A program made the translations under genes and the position numbers. This document shows, in pieces, positions 1 through 10,677 of a stretch of 64,000 nucleotides of DNA. Location: assembly GCA_965242705.1 (NCBI GenBank), contig OZ251486.1, positions 3,151,806 through 3,215,805 of the forward strand, read 5' to 3'. The notes below the pieces were generated by a model that saw nothing but the letters and a program-made list of their open reading frames with translations, made no database searches and had not been told where the DNA came from. How positions within the stretch are numbered: position 1 is the first letter of the stretch; every line of letters starts with the position of its first letter. This stretch comes from Bryobacterales bacterium. GTDB taxonomy: Bacteria; Acidobacteriota; Terriglobia; Bryobacterales; UBA6623.

Positions 1-799
1 CGGCGTCGGCAATGTAAACGTTCCCCGCGGCGTCCGCCGCCACGCCGGTGGGATTCGAGAGTTGCGCCGCCGTCGCCGCGATCCCGTCCATGTTGTAGCC
101 GGAAGTCCCTGTTCCGGCAATGGTGGTAATCACACCCGCCGTATCGACTTTGCGGATGCGCAGGTTGTCCCGATCGGCGATGTAGATGTTGCCTGCGGCG
201 TCCACTGCCACGCCGATGGGGATGTTCAGGCGAGCCGATGTCGCCGGCCCGCCGTCTCCCAGCGGGCCGCTAATGGCCGCCGATCCCGCGACCGTGGAGA
301 TGTTTCCCGTGGAGGCATCGATCTTGCGGATGCGGTGTTGGATGCTGTCGGCGATGTAAACGTTGCCCGCGGCGTCCGCCGCCACTCCGCCGGGGGTGTG
401 CAACCGGGCCGCTGTCGCCGGGCCTCCGTCCCCCAGGTTTCCGCTGGTCGATCCTGTTCCGGCGATTGTGGAAATGTTTCCCGAGGCGGCATCGATCTTG
501 CGGATGCGGTGGTTGCTCGCATCGGCGATGTAAACGTTGCCCGCGGCATCCACCGCCGCGTCGTTGGGCAGGTTGAGTTGGGCCGCCGCAGCCGGGCCGC
601 CGTCGCCGCTGAAACCGGCTGTCCCCGTTCCCGCGACCGTCGAGATGGCGGCGGCGTTTTGCGCCGCCAAGCGGGGAGTGAAAAGCGGCGAATGAAGAGC
701 GAGCGCAGCCAAGACGGCCGCCGCAGGCGAGTGAAGAACGCGAGACCCGCGCCCGCGCGAAAGTCCCGCCTTGGCGGCGGCAAGCCGGGCGCGGAGAGC
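1..799 (-). CDS. NHL-repeat beta-propeller secreted protein. The 3' part runs off the window and the 5' end is unresolved.
   Basis: The minus-strand frame reads ..RARLAAAKAGLSRGRGSRVLHSPAAAVLAALALHSPLFTPRLAAQNAAAISTVAGTGTAGFSGDGGPAAAAQLN..GNVYIADASNHRIRKIDAASGN.., i.e. a signal-like segment followed by NHL units. It is absent from the ORF track because there is no stop inside the window. The track ORFs 62..826(+) and 226..783(-) are off-frame shadows of it. There is no ATG/GTG/TTG in this frame between the TGA at 1006..1004 and the TTG at 712. Confidence 0.8.
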
Positions 800-860
800 A
801 GACGAAAAGGAAAGGAAAAGCCGTAGGTCAGAGAGCGCGGAGAGCGCGCTTCTCCTTATA

Positions 861-981
861 CGGGCTGACGGGCTGACGGGCTGACGGGCTGACGGGCTGA
901 CGGGCTGACGGGCTGACGGGCTGACGGGCTGACGGGCTGACGGGCTGACGGGCTGACGGGCTGACGGGCTGACGGGCTGAC
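861..981. repeat. Perfect tandem octanucleotide repeat (CGGGCTGA)x15, plus 1 nt
   Basis: Read directly: 15 uninterrupted 8-nt units from 861 to 980. The unit length is not a multiple of 3. All three minus-strand frames through it are open, giving the ARQPVSPS peptide repeat seen in track ORF 828..1103(-). Confidence 0.97.
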
Positions 982-989
982 CTTTCCTT

Positions 990-1019
990 ATTGTACATCT
1001 CTCTCACCTCTCCTCGCAA
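990..1019 (-). promoter_or_regulatory. Candidate sigma70-like promoter for the minus-strand NHL gene
   Basis: On the minus strand: TTGCGA (1019..1014), an 18-nt spacer, then TACAAT (995..990), in a locally AT-richer patch. The predicted TSS falls at the first repeat unit. This competes with an SD-like GGAGAGGTGA plus ATG (998..996) on the same strand. Confidence 0.3.
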
Positions 1020-1172
1020 CATTGTTGCCGTATTCGGAAACAAGAATAGCACGCCTTGATATAAAAATTCGCCGCACCCGCGAAAACCGCCGGCGGCGAA
1101 CAATTTTTTCCGCGCGGGCGCAGTTTCCCGTTCATGGACTGCCGTTTTCCGGCTCGCCTACACTGAAAGTCG

Positions 1173-2663
1173 ATGTCCGTTGCGCAATGGGTTGCGGCCG
1201 CCGTCTTGCCGTTTGCCGCGGCGCTGCCGTCCGCGGCTCAGCAAGCCGAGCAGTTGAAGGCCGATATACGCATGTTCAGCGTCATGGCGGCGATCAACGC
1301 CGCAGGCTACGACGACGGGCTTGGCGCGGCCTCCGACAGCCCGGCGCGCAAGGCGCTGCGCAAAGATTTGAGTGCGCTCGACGCCTCGGTCGTCACCCGC
1401 CTCAAGACGTTTTTCGAGCAAAACCGTCTGGAAAACCCCGACCTCAACCTGTCGCAATACATTTCGTTCGCGCTGATGTGCGGCGAGCCGCCGTTCTTCG
1501 ATCTCAAGGCGGAGGTGCCGACCGACCTGCCGGCGGACGTGCGCGCGATCCGCGGGCTGTCGGGCCTGCTGCGCGAGTTTTACGAAAAGGCCGGCATCGA
1601 AAGCCTCTGGCGGAAATATCTGCCCGCCTACGAAGCCGAGATGCTGCGCTATCAGGACGCCTTGGTGCGGATGGTTTTCGAAACGAACGGCTATCTGCGG
1701 CTCTCGCCGACGAGCCGGGAAGCCCGCGGGTTCCAGGTTTATTTCGACTTGCTGGCCGCGCCCGGCAGCGTCAACACGCGCGCTTACGGCGGCGACGTGA
1801 AGGTTGTCATCCATCCGTCGGCGGAAATCCGCATCGAGGAGCTGCGCTCGGCCTACCTGCTGCACCTGTTGGATCGCCTCTCGATCCGCCACGCCGACGC
1901 CGTCGCCAAAAAGAACGTGCTGGCGCGGTTCGCGCTGTTCGCCCCGGTGCTGGAAGAAGCCTACAAAACGAACTTTCAACTGCTGGTGACGAAATCGCTG
2001 GCTCACGCGGTCGAGGCGCGCATGCGCTACGAAACGGAAGAGCGCAAGCTCGCCCGCGTCGAGGCTCGCCTGCGCGAAGGGTTCATCCTGACGCCCTGTT
2101 TCTACGAAAAACTCGCCGAATACGAAAAGCAGCCGAAGTCGATGCGCCGTTACTACGAGTCGATGATCCGCGGCATCGACCTCAAGCGCGAAGCGGCGAG
2201 GCTGCAGGACGTGCGCTTCGCCGAGCGCCGCGCGCGGCCCGCGCCGCGTCCGCGTCCGGTTGCCAGGCCCGCGGTTTCCGAGGTCGAAAAACTGCTGGCG
2301 CGGGCGGAAGGCCTGCTGCAGCTCGAGGAACTCGACGACGCCCGCAAGGCGTTCGAGGAAGCCCTGGAGAAAGCGGGCGGCAGAAACGCGCAGGCCAGCT
2401 ACGGCCTGGGCCGCGCGGCGCTGGACGAAGCGGACCCCGACCTTGCCCTGGAACACTTCGCGGCGGCCGCGGAGGCCGGCGGCGGCGCGCGGCTGACCGC
2501 CATGTCGCACATCTACATGGGACGCATCGAAGACGTCCTGGGCAACCGCGAATTGGCCGTCGAGCACTACAACCGCGCGCTGGCCGCGGGCGACACGTCG
2601 CCGATCACCAGAAAATTCGCCGAAGACGGCCTGGCCGCGCCTTTTACCGGCGCGGAGCAGTGA
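1173..2663 (+). CDS. Secreted hypothetical protein with C-terminal TPR-like repeats
   Basis: 496-aa ORF with normal amino-acid composition and an N-terminal hydrophobic signal (VAAAVLPFAAALPSAAQQ). The C-terminal helical repeats (AQASYGLGRAALDEADPDLALEHF..YMGRIEDVLGNRELAVEHYNRAL) look TPR-like. I did not recognise a specific family. Confidence 0.7.
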   Translation: MSVAQWVAAAVLPFAAALPSAAQQAEQLKADIRMFSVMAAINAAGYDDGLGAASDSPARKALRKDLSALDASVVTRLKTFFEQNRLENPDLNLSQYISFALMCGEPPFFDLKAEVPTDLPADVRAIRGLSGLLREFYEKAGIESLWRKYLPAYEAEMLRYQDALVRMVFETNGYLRLSPTSREARGFQVYFDLLAAPGSVNTRAYGGDVKVVIHPSAEIRIEELRSAYLLHLLDRLSIRHADAVAKKNVLARFALFAPVLEEAYKTNFQLLVTKSLAHAVEARMRYETEERKLARVEARLREGFILTPCFYEKLAEYEKQPKSMRRYYESMIRGIDLKREAARLQDVRFAERRARPAPRPRPVARPAVSEVEKLLARAEGLLQLEELDDARKAFEEALEKAGGRNAQASYGLGRAALDEADPDLALEHFAAAAEAGGGARLTAMSHIYMGRIEDVLGNRELAVEHYNRALAAGDTSPITRKFAEDGLAAPFTGAEQ

Positions 2664-2698
2664 GCGGCGCGCCCCGAGAGCCGAGAATCGAGCAGCCC

Positions 2699-4093
2699 AT
2701 GAGCGACCGCAAAGACCTGCTGCGCAGTCTGCCGTCGGTGGATGCGCTGCTCGAATCGGAAGCGGGCGCGGCCTGGCTGCGGGCGCTGCCGCGGGAGCGC
2801 GTTGCGGCCCTGGCGCGGGACGCGCTGGCCGAGGCGCGCGCCGCCATTCTTGCGGACAAGACGCCCGCCGCGCGCCCCGCCGCGGCCGCGGTCAAGGCCG
2901 GCGTCGAAGCGAAACTGGCCCGGCTGACGCGGCCTTCGCTGCGCCGCGTCATCAACGCTTCCGGGGTCATCCTGCATACCAATCTGGGGCGCGCGCCGCT
3001 CGCCGAGGCGGCCGTCGAGGCGATTCGCGAGACCGCGGCCGGATATTCCAATCTGGAGTACGACCTGGCCGCGGGCGGGCGCGGACGGCGCGACGTTCAC
3101 GCGGGCGGGTTGCTCGAGCAGTTGCTCGGCGCGCCGGCCGTCGTCGTCAACAACAACGCGGCGGCGGTCTTGCTGGTGTTGAACGAACTTTCGCGGGACG
3201 GCGAAACAATCGTTTCCCGCGGCGAGTCGATTGAGATCGGCGACGGCTTCCGCATTCCCCAAATCATCGAGCGCTCGGGCGCGGCGCTGCGCGAAGTCGG
3301 AACCGCAAATCGGACGCGAATCGACGACTACCGCGCCGCGGTCGGCGAGCGCAGCCGCGCGCTGCTGCGCGTTCACCCCAGCAACTTCCGGCAGATCGGC
3401 TTCACCGGCCGCCCCAGTCTGGTCGAGATGGCGGCGCTGGCGCGGGAAACGTCGCTGCCCCTGGTGGAAGATCTGGGCAGCGGCTGCCTCGACGACCTGC
3501 GCCCGCTCGGCATCGACGACGAGGCGCCGGTCGGCGCAAGCCTCGCAGCCGGCGCGGACGTAGTGACCTTTTCCGGCGACAAACTGCTGGGCGGCCCGCA
3601 GGCGGGCATTATCGCCGGCAAGCCGCAACTCGTCGAGCGCATCCGGCGCAACCCCCTGTTCCGCGCCTTGCGCGTCGATAAGCTGACCTACGCCGCGCTG
3701 GGGGCGACCTTGCAGGAATACATCCGCGGCAACCGGGAAAGCATCCCCGTCTTGCGCATGATGCATGCGCCGGCGGCCGCGCTGCGCGGGCGGGCCGCGC
3801 GTTTCGTTGCAAGACTCGACCGGCCGGGCGTCGCCGTCCGCGAGAGCGAATCGCTGCTCGGCGGCGGCTCGACGCCGCTGCGCGCGCTGCCTTCGCCGGT
3901 CATCGCGGTCGAGCCGGAGGCCGGCGGGTCGGCCCAGCGCGTCGAGCGGCGGCTGCGCGCCGGCGAGCCGCCGGTAGTCGCCCGCATCGAACAGGGCCGC
4001 CTGCTGCTCGACCTGCGCGCCGTCGCCGAAGCGGAGGAAGACGACCTGCTGCGGGCGCTCGAAGCCGCCCTGCGCGAAGAGCGCCGCGAATAA
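2699..4093 (+). CDS. selA: L-seryl-tRNA(Sec) selenium transferase
   Basis: ATG at 2699 inside track ORF 1022..4093. The protein begins MSDRKDLLRSLPSVDALL and contains VINASGVILHTNLGRAPL and the PLP-lysine motif FSGDKLLGGPQAGII, which are typical of SelA. Confidence 0.95.
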   Translation: MSDRKDLLRSLPSVDALLESEAGAAWLRALPRERVAALARDALAEARAAILADKTPAARPAAAAVKAGVEAKLARLTRPSLRRVINASGVILHTNLGRAPLAEAAVEAIRETAAGYSNLEYDLAAGGRGRRDVHAGGLLEQLLGAPAVVVNNNAAAVLLVLNELSRDGETIVSRGESIEIGDGFRIPQIIERSGAALREVGTANRTRIDDYRAAVGERSRALLRVHPSNFRQIGFTGRPSLVEMAALARETSLPLVEDLGSGCLDDLRPLGIDDEAPVGASLAAGADVVTFSGDKLLGGPQAGIIAGKPQLVERIRRNPLFRALRVDKLTYAALGATLQEYIRGNRESIPVLRMMHAPAAALRGRAARFVARLDRPGVAVRESESLLGGGSTPLRALPSPVIAVEPEAGGSAQRVERRLRAGEPPVVARIEQGRLLLDLRAVAEAEEDDLLRALEAALREERRE

Positions 4094-4140
4094 GTTACCT
4101 TCCCGCCGTGAAAAACGTCAAAACAGGATACTGCGCCTTT

Positions 4141-5385
4141 ATGCGAACCGGACTCCTTGCCCTGCAAGCGTCGCTCGCAATCTCGCTGCTCTCGACGCCG
4201 GCTCCGGCGGAAGAGGCGGTCGGTTGGATCACGTCTTACGAAGAAGCCCTGCAGGAGGCCCGGCGGACCGGAAAGCCCATCTTTCTCGAGTTCCGCTGCG
4301 CCCCTTGACGCGCCGGACGTGAATTCGACGCACAGGTTGTGCTGACCAAGGCAGGAACGAAACGCGGCGATTTGCTCAGGCAATACGTCCCCGCCCGCAT
4401 CGTGCGCATGGACGGGATCGATATCGGTCTGTTCGATTACGACCGCTACAACACGCTGTACTTTTTCATTCTCAACGCGGACGAGCATATCTACATGCGC
4501 TACGGAGGCCGCGACGCGCGCTCGCCGACAACCTACCTGAATCTGGAAAGCCTGGAGTTGGCGCTGGAGCAGGGACTCGATCTGCACCGCCTGTACCGCG
4601 CCGGAAAAATCGACCGCAAGCCCCGGCCCCCGGCGAAATATCCGCGGGACGTCCCCGAACTCCATAAGCGCACGACCGGCGCGGGGCGCTGCGTCGAGTG
4701 CCACCTGATCGGCGATCTCGAAAACGTGCAGCGGGAGCTCGACGGCGCCCTCGACAAGCTCTCGCAGATGTTCCGCTCGCCCGATATCCGCACGATCGGC
4801 ATCGAGCTCGACGTCCCCAGGGGGCTTGCCGCCGCGCAGGCGGCGAAGGCGGCGGCCGCGGCGGGAATGCAGGCCGGCGATACGATCACCCACCTCAACG
4901 GCAAGCGCGTATGGACGTTCGGCGACCTGCAATGGGAGTACGACCGCGTGAACCGCCGCGCCAAGACGATTCAACTTCGCGTCGAACGCGGCGGAAAGAG
5001 CGTCGATCTCGATATCGACCTGCCCGATTTCTGGTGGCTGACCGATATCGGCTACCGCAACTGGAGCGTCGATCCGCGGGTTTACTTCAACTCGGAGCCT
5101 TTGACCGCGGCGGAAAAAAGCGATCAGGGGTTCGACCCCGACGGGTTCGCCTGCCGCGTGACCCATATCGACCGCGTCGCCGAGTTGCTGGGCAATCACG
5201 AGCTCGCCGTCGGCGATATCGTTTACGCCGTGGACGGCAAGACGCGGGACGAAATCGCCAACACCGCGGAGCTTTTCCTGAAACTGCGCACGCAAGCCGG
5301 CAGCCGCCACGTTCTCCAGATCATGCGCAACGGCGAACGCCTGGAAACCCCGCTCAAGACCGATAGAATGAGCTTCAGAAAATGA
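4141..5385 (+). CDS. Predicted selenoprotein: secreted thioredoxin-fold (C-A-P-U) protein with PDZ-like domains, TGA 4306-4308 read as Sec
   Basis: Track ORFs 4108..4308 and 4339..5385 share one frame (231 nt apart). They are separated only by TGA 4306-4308 and 10 sense codons. The protein has a signal peptide (MRTGLLALQASLAISLLSTPAPA), then W..SYEEALQEARRTGKPIFLEFRCAP-[TGA]-RAGREFDAQV, then PDZ-like GMQAGDTITHLNGKRV and LAVGDIVYAVDGK. An alternative start is GTG 4108. selA ends 15 nt upstream of 4108. Confidence 0.65.
4330..4342 (+). promoter_or_regulatory. Candidate bacterial SECIS apical hairpin
   Basis: GCAC-AGGUU-GUGC, a 4-bp stem with a GGUU-containing loop, begins 22 nt after the TGA at 4306-4308. 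The stem is short and I could not extend it convincingly by eye. Confidence 0.35.
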
Positions 5386-5930
5386 TGTTTTCTCTGCGCC
5401 TCCCGACCGTTTTGCTGGCTTTGGCCGCGCCGGTTTTCTGCGGCGAATGGACGCCGCAGGCGCATGCCGAGCGGAACGGCCGCGCGCTGGCCTCGTACCG
5501 CGCCAAACTCGACGGCGAGTATCTGGTCGTCGAGGTCAAGACCGCCGAGGGATGGCACACCTACGCGATGGACAACAAGCAGCGCGCCCGAGAGGCGCTC
5601 GCCGGAAAAATGTCGCTGGGCGTCGAGGAAAATACGCGGGTGACCGTTTCGCAGGGGTTGGAGGTAAGCGGGCCGTGGCGTCAGTCGGAACCCAAAGACT
5701 TTTCGCAGCCCGATCTGCGCTGGTTCACCTGGGGTTTCGACGCTCCGGCCCTGCTGGCCGCCAAGGTCAGGCGCACCGGGGCCGGCCCGGCGTTGGTGGC
5801 CGTCCGCGCGCAAATCTGCGACAGCGTAAGCTGCCAGGCGGTCGATACCGAACTGGAACTGCCCTTCCCCGCGGAGGTCGGCAAGACCGAACTGGACATC
5901 GGCGCGCTGACCAAGGTGCGCGCGGACTGA
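5382..5930 (+). CDS. DsbD N-terminal-like / DsbC-corrector-like (PF11412-type) periplasmic thiol-disulfide protein
   Basis: Has a signal peptide, a GWHTYA motif and a late paired-Cys motif QICDSVSCQ, the layout I associate with the DsbD-N-like family. Its start overlaps the previous stop (ATGATG/TGA at 5382-5385). Confidence 0.7.
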   Translation: MMFSLRLPTVLLALAAPVFCGEWTPQAHAERNGRALASYRAKLDGEYLVVEVKTAEGWHTYAMDNKQRAREALAGKMSLGVEENTRVTVSQGLEVSGPWRQSEPKDFSQPDLRWFTWGFDAPALLAAKVRRTGAGPALVAVRAQICDSVSCQAVDTELELPFPAEVGKTELDIGALTKVRAD

Positions 5931-5936
5931 CGGCGC

Positions 5937-6935
5937 TCAGCCGCCGACGGAAACGACGCGGCCCGTTTTCGCCGATTGGCCGGCGGCGTCGGCCAGGATG
6001 AGCGCGCGGCGGCCGTCCTCGAACGTCGGCGAAGGCTGCCGCCCCTGCTCGACGGCTTCGACGAACGCCTCGACCTCGGCAACGTAGGAAGCGGCGTAGC
6101 GCTCGATGAAGAAATGGTGCAGCGGCGGCCTTGCCGCGGTTGCCGACCCGCCCCAGCGCTCGATTTGCGTCGGCGTCGGGTTTGCCGAGACGAGCATCCC
6201 TTTCGCCCCGAACGCCTCGACCCGCTGGTCGTAACCGTAGGCGCAGCGGCGCGAGCAATTGATGCAGCAGAGGGCGCCGGACGCCGTTTTCATGACGATC
6301 ATGGCCGTATCCACGTCGCCGGCCGCGCCGATGCGCGCGTCCGTAAGCACACTGCCCAGGGCGGAAACCTCGACGAACTCTTCCGCGAAGATGAACCGCG
6401 CCAAATCGAAATCGTGGATGGCCATGTCGCGGAACAGGCCGCCCGACGCCTCGAGGTAATCGAGCCCGGGCGGCGCCGGGTCGCGGCTGGTGAGAATCAG
6501 TTTTTCCAACGCGCCGATCTCGCCGGCGCGCGCCGCCCGCTGCAAGGCGAGATGGCCGGGGTCGAAGCGCCGATTGAACCCGATCTGGATCGGAACGCCG
6601 CTTGCGGCGAGCGCATCGCCGCAGGCGTTGACGCGGGCGATGTCGAGATGGATCGGTTTTTCGCAGAGAACCGCCTTGCCGGCGCGCGCCGCCCGCTCGA
6701 TCAGATCGCAGTGGGTTTCGGTCGCCGAGGCGATGAAAACCGCGTCGATAGACGGGTCTTCGAGCAGCGCTTCGGGGGAATCGACGGCCGCCGCGCCGCA
6801 TTCCGCCGCCGCTTCCTCGGCCGCGGCGCCGGCGGCGTCGTAGATCGAGACGAGCCGGGTGTACGCGCCGGCGGCCAGGTTGCGCGCGTGCATGCGGCCG
6901 ATGCGGCCGGCGCCTAAAAGTCCGAATCGCAGCAT
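5937..6935 (-). CDS. Gfo/Idh/MocA family NAD(P)-dependent oxidoreductase (inositol 2-dehydrogenase-like)
   Basis: MLRFGLLGAGRIGRMHARNL Rossmann N-terminus, the EKP motif (VLCEKPI), and IGFNRRFDP. Confidence 0.88.
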   Translation of the reverse strand: MLRFGLLGAGRIGRMHARNLAAGAYTRLVSIYDAAGAAAEEAAAECGAAAVDSPEALLEDPSIDAVFIASATETHCDLIERAARAGKAVLCEKPIHLDIARVNACGDALAASGVPIQIGFNRRFDPGHLALQRAARAGEIGALEKLILTSRDPAPPGLDYLEASGGLFRDMAIHDFDLARFIFAEEFVEVSALGSVLTDARIGAAGDVDTAMIVMKTASGALCCINCSRRCAYGYDQRVEAFGAKGMLVSANPTPTQIERWGGSATAARPPLHHFFIERYAASYVAEVEAFVEAVEQGRQPSPTFEDGRRALILADAAGQSAKTGRVVSVGG

Positions 6936-6962
6936 GGCTCTCTTCGCTGACGGCGCGGCGCC

Positions 6963-8816
<1,854 letters not shown>

Positions 8817-8877
8817 TTAAACTGATAAGGTGCGGCGTCCGACCGGCGAAGGCGCCCGCCTCGGCGGTCTTCGATGC

Positions 8878-8962
<85 letters not shown>

Positions 8963-9000
8963 AATCCCGCCGGCCGCGCGGCGCTTGCCAATAGTGGAAA

Positions 9001-10479
9001 ATGGTCGTGATGCATCGAGTGCCCAATTACATCGGTGGACGCTGGAGCGGTTTCGACTCGGACGAGGTTTCCTCGGTGGTCAATCCGGCCACGGCGGAAG
9101 TGCTCGGCGCGGTGTCCGCCGGCGGGGCGGCGGAAGCCGCGGCCGCCGTCGAAGCCGCCGCGGCGGCGTTTCCCGCGTGGCGCGCCGTGCCGCCCGGGGA
9201 ACGCATCCAGTACCTTTTCAGGCTCAAGACGCTGCTCGAAGACAATTTCGACGCCATCGCCCGCGTCGTCACCGCCGAGAACGGCAAGACGCTCGCCGAA
9301 TCGCGGGGCGAATTGCGCCGCGGCATCGAAAACGTCGAGGTAGCCTGCGGCATTCCGACGATGATGCAGGGCCGCAGCCTCGAGAACGTCGCGCCCGGCA
9401 TCGACGAAACGATGATCCGCCAGCCGCTCGGCGTCGTCGGCATCGTCACGCCCTTCAATTTTCCGGTCATGATCCCGCTGTGGTTCATGCCCTACGCCAT
9501 CGCCTGCGGCAATACCCTGGTGCTCAAGCCTTCGGAGAAGACGCCGCTGACGATGCGCGCCGTGTTCGAGTTGATCGAGCGGCTCGACCTGCCCAAGGGG
9601 GTCGTCAATCTGGTGAACGGCGGCAAGGCGGCGGTCGATGCGCTGCTCGAGCATCCGGAGGTGCGCGCGATCAGCTTCGTCGGCTCGACGCCGGTCGCCA
9701 AATACGTTTATGCGCAGGCGGCGCGGAGCGGCAAGCGCGTGCAGTGCCAAGGCGGGGCGAAGAACCACGTCGTCATCATGCCCGACGCCGATTTCGAGAC
9801 GGCGGCGCGCATCGTCAGCGACGGCGCCTTCGGCTGCGCGGGGCAGCGCTGCCTGGCCGTTTCCACGGCCGTAACCGTCGGCGAAGCGCACGACGCTTTC
9901 CGCGATGCCGTCGTCGATACCGCCGGGGCGCTCAAGTTGGGCTGCGGACTCGACGACGGCGTGGAGATGGGCCCCGTGATTACCCCGCAAAGCCGGGCGC
10001 GCATCGAAGCGGCCATCGCCCGCGGCGCCGGCGAAGGCGCGAAACCCGTGCTCGAGGGTCGCGGCGCGAAGGCCGCCGGCTGCGGCGCGGGCAACTTCGT
10101 CGGGCCGACCGTGCTCGACGGCGTCGGCCCCGAGAGCGCGCTGGCCGAGATGGAAATCTTCGGACCGGTGTTGAGCCTGACTCGCGCCGCAACGCTCGAC
10201 GAGGCGCTGGCCGTCATCGCCCGTAATCCGTACGGGAACGCATCGTCGATTTTCACCTCCGGCGGCGCCGCGGCGCGCAAATTCCGCAGCGAAGCGACGA
10301 CCGGCAACGTAGGCGTCAACATCGGCGTGGCCGCGCCGATGGCCTATTTCCCGTTCAGCGGCTGGAAAGACAGCTTCATGGGCGTGATGCACGGCCAGGG
10401 CCGCGACGCGATCGAGTTCTATACGGACAAAAAAGTGATCATCGAGCGCTGGCCCAAGCAGTGGTCGCGGAAATTCTAG
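9001..10479 (+). CDS. mmsA: CoA-acylating methylmalonate-semialdehyde dehydrogenase
   Basis: Aldehyde dehydrogenase fold with VPNYIGGRW, FNFPVMIPLW, catalytic GCAGQRCLA, and the C-terminal FPFSGWKDSF..HGQGRDAIEFYT typical of MmsA/IolA. An alternative start is ATG 9010. Confidence 0.9.
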   Translation: MVVMHRVPNYIGGRWSGFDSDEVSSVVNPATAEVLGAVSAGGAAEAAAAVEAAAAAFPAWRAVPPGERIQYLFRLKTLLEDNFDAIARVVTAENGKTLAESRGELRRGIENVEVACGIPTMMQGRSLENVAPGIDETMIRQPLGVVGIVTPFNFPVMIPLWFMPYAIACGNTLVLKPSEKTPLTMRAVFELIERLDLPKGVVNLVNGGKAAVDALLEHPEVRAISFVGSTPVAKYVYAQAARSGKRVQCQGGAKNHVVIMPDADFETAARIVSDGAFGCAGQRCLAVSTAVTVGEAHDAFRDAVVDTAGALKLGCGLDDGVEMGPVITPQSRARIEAAIARGAGEGAKPVLEGRGAKAAGCGAGNFVGPTVLDGVGPESALAEMEIFGPVLSLTRAATLDEALAVIARNPYGNASSIFTSGGAAARKFRSEATTGNVGVNIGVAAPMAYFPFSGWKDSFMGVMHGQGRDAIEFYTDKKVIIERWPKQWSRKF

Positions 10480-10677
10480 GGAAACTCCGAACAAGCAGCA
10501 ACAGGAGCGGCCGCAGCCGTCAAGCCTGACGGGTTTCATGCAGGTAAAAGAAGGGCTTCATGCAAGCTTTGATCGCTTTGCGCGCCTATGCGCGCCAATG
10601 CGCACTTGTTTTCGCAGTCGCGCCGCCGCAAATCGACCGGATGCGTTCAGCCCTCTCTCCACTGAAGCCGTGCGGTT

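Noticed and set aside
62-826. Plus-strand 254-aa ORF and minus-strand ORF 226..783.
   Set aside because: Both are off-frame or antisense shadows of the NHL gene. They contain frame-shifted images of GNVYIAD, such as RATFTSP and IGDVNVARG, and are arginine-rich.
828-1103. 91-aa ORF with the (ARQPVSPS)n repeat as a genuine proline-rich repeat protein.
   Set aside because: The peptide repeat is simply the translation of an 8-nt DNA repeat. The ORF ends right after the repeat. I treat it as part of the possible phase-variation or leader architecture rather than as a stand-alone protein.
1022-2698. The 5' two-thirds of the 1023-aa track ORF 1022..4093.
   Set aside because: Only the part from ATG 2699 onward looks like SelA. 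The upstream part is R/A/G-rich low-complexity sequence in a frame that overlaps the much better 1173..2663 ORF. It is a GC-driven open frame.
10540-10677. Possible small RNA or tRNA-Sec in the 330-bp gap after mmsA.
   Set aside because: No cloverleaf could be folded. There are only short direct repeats (TTCATGCA x2, GCGCGC-N4-GCGCGC) and the E1 element.
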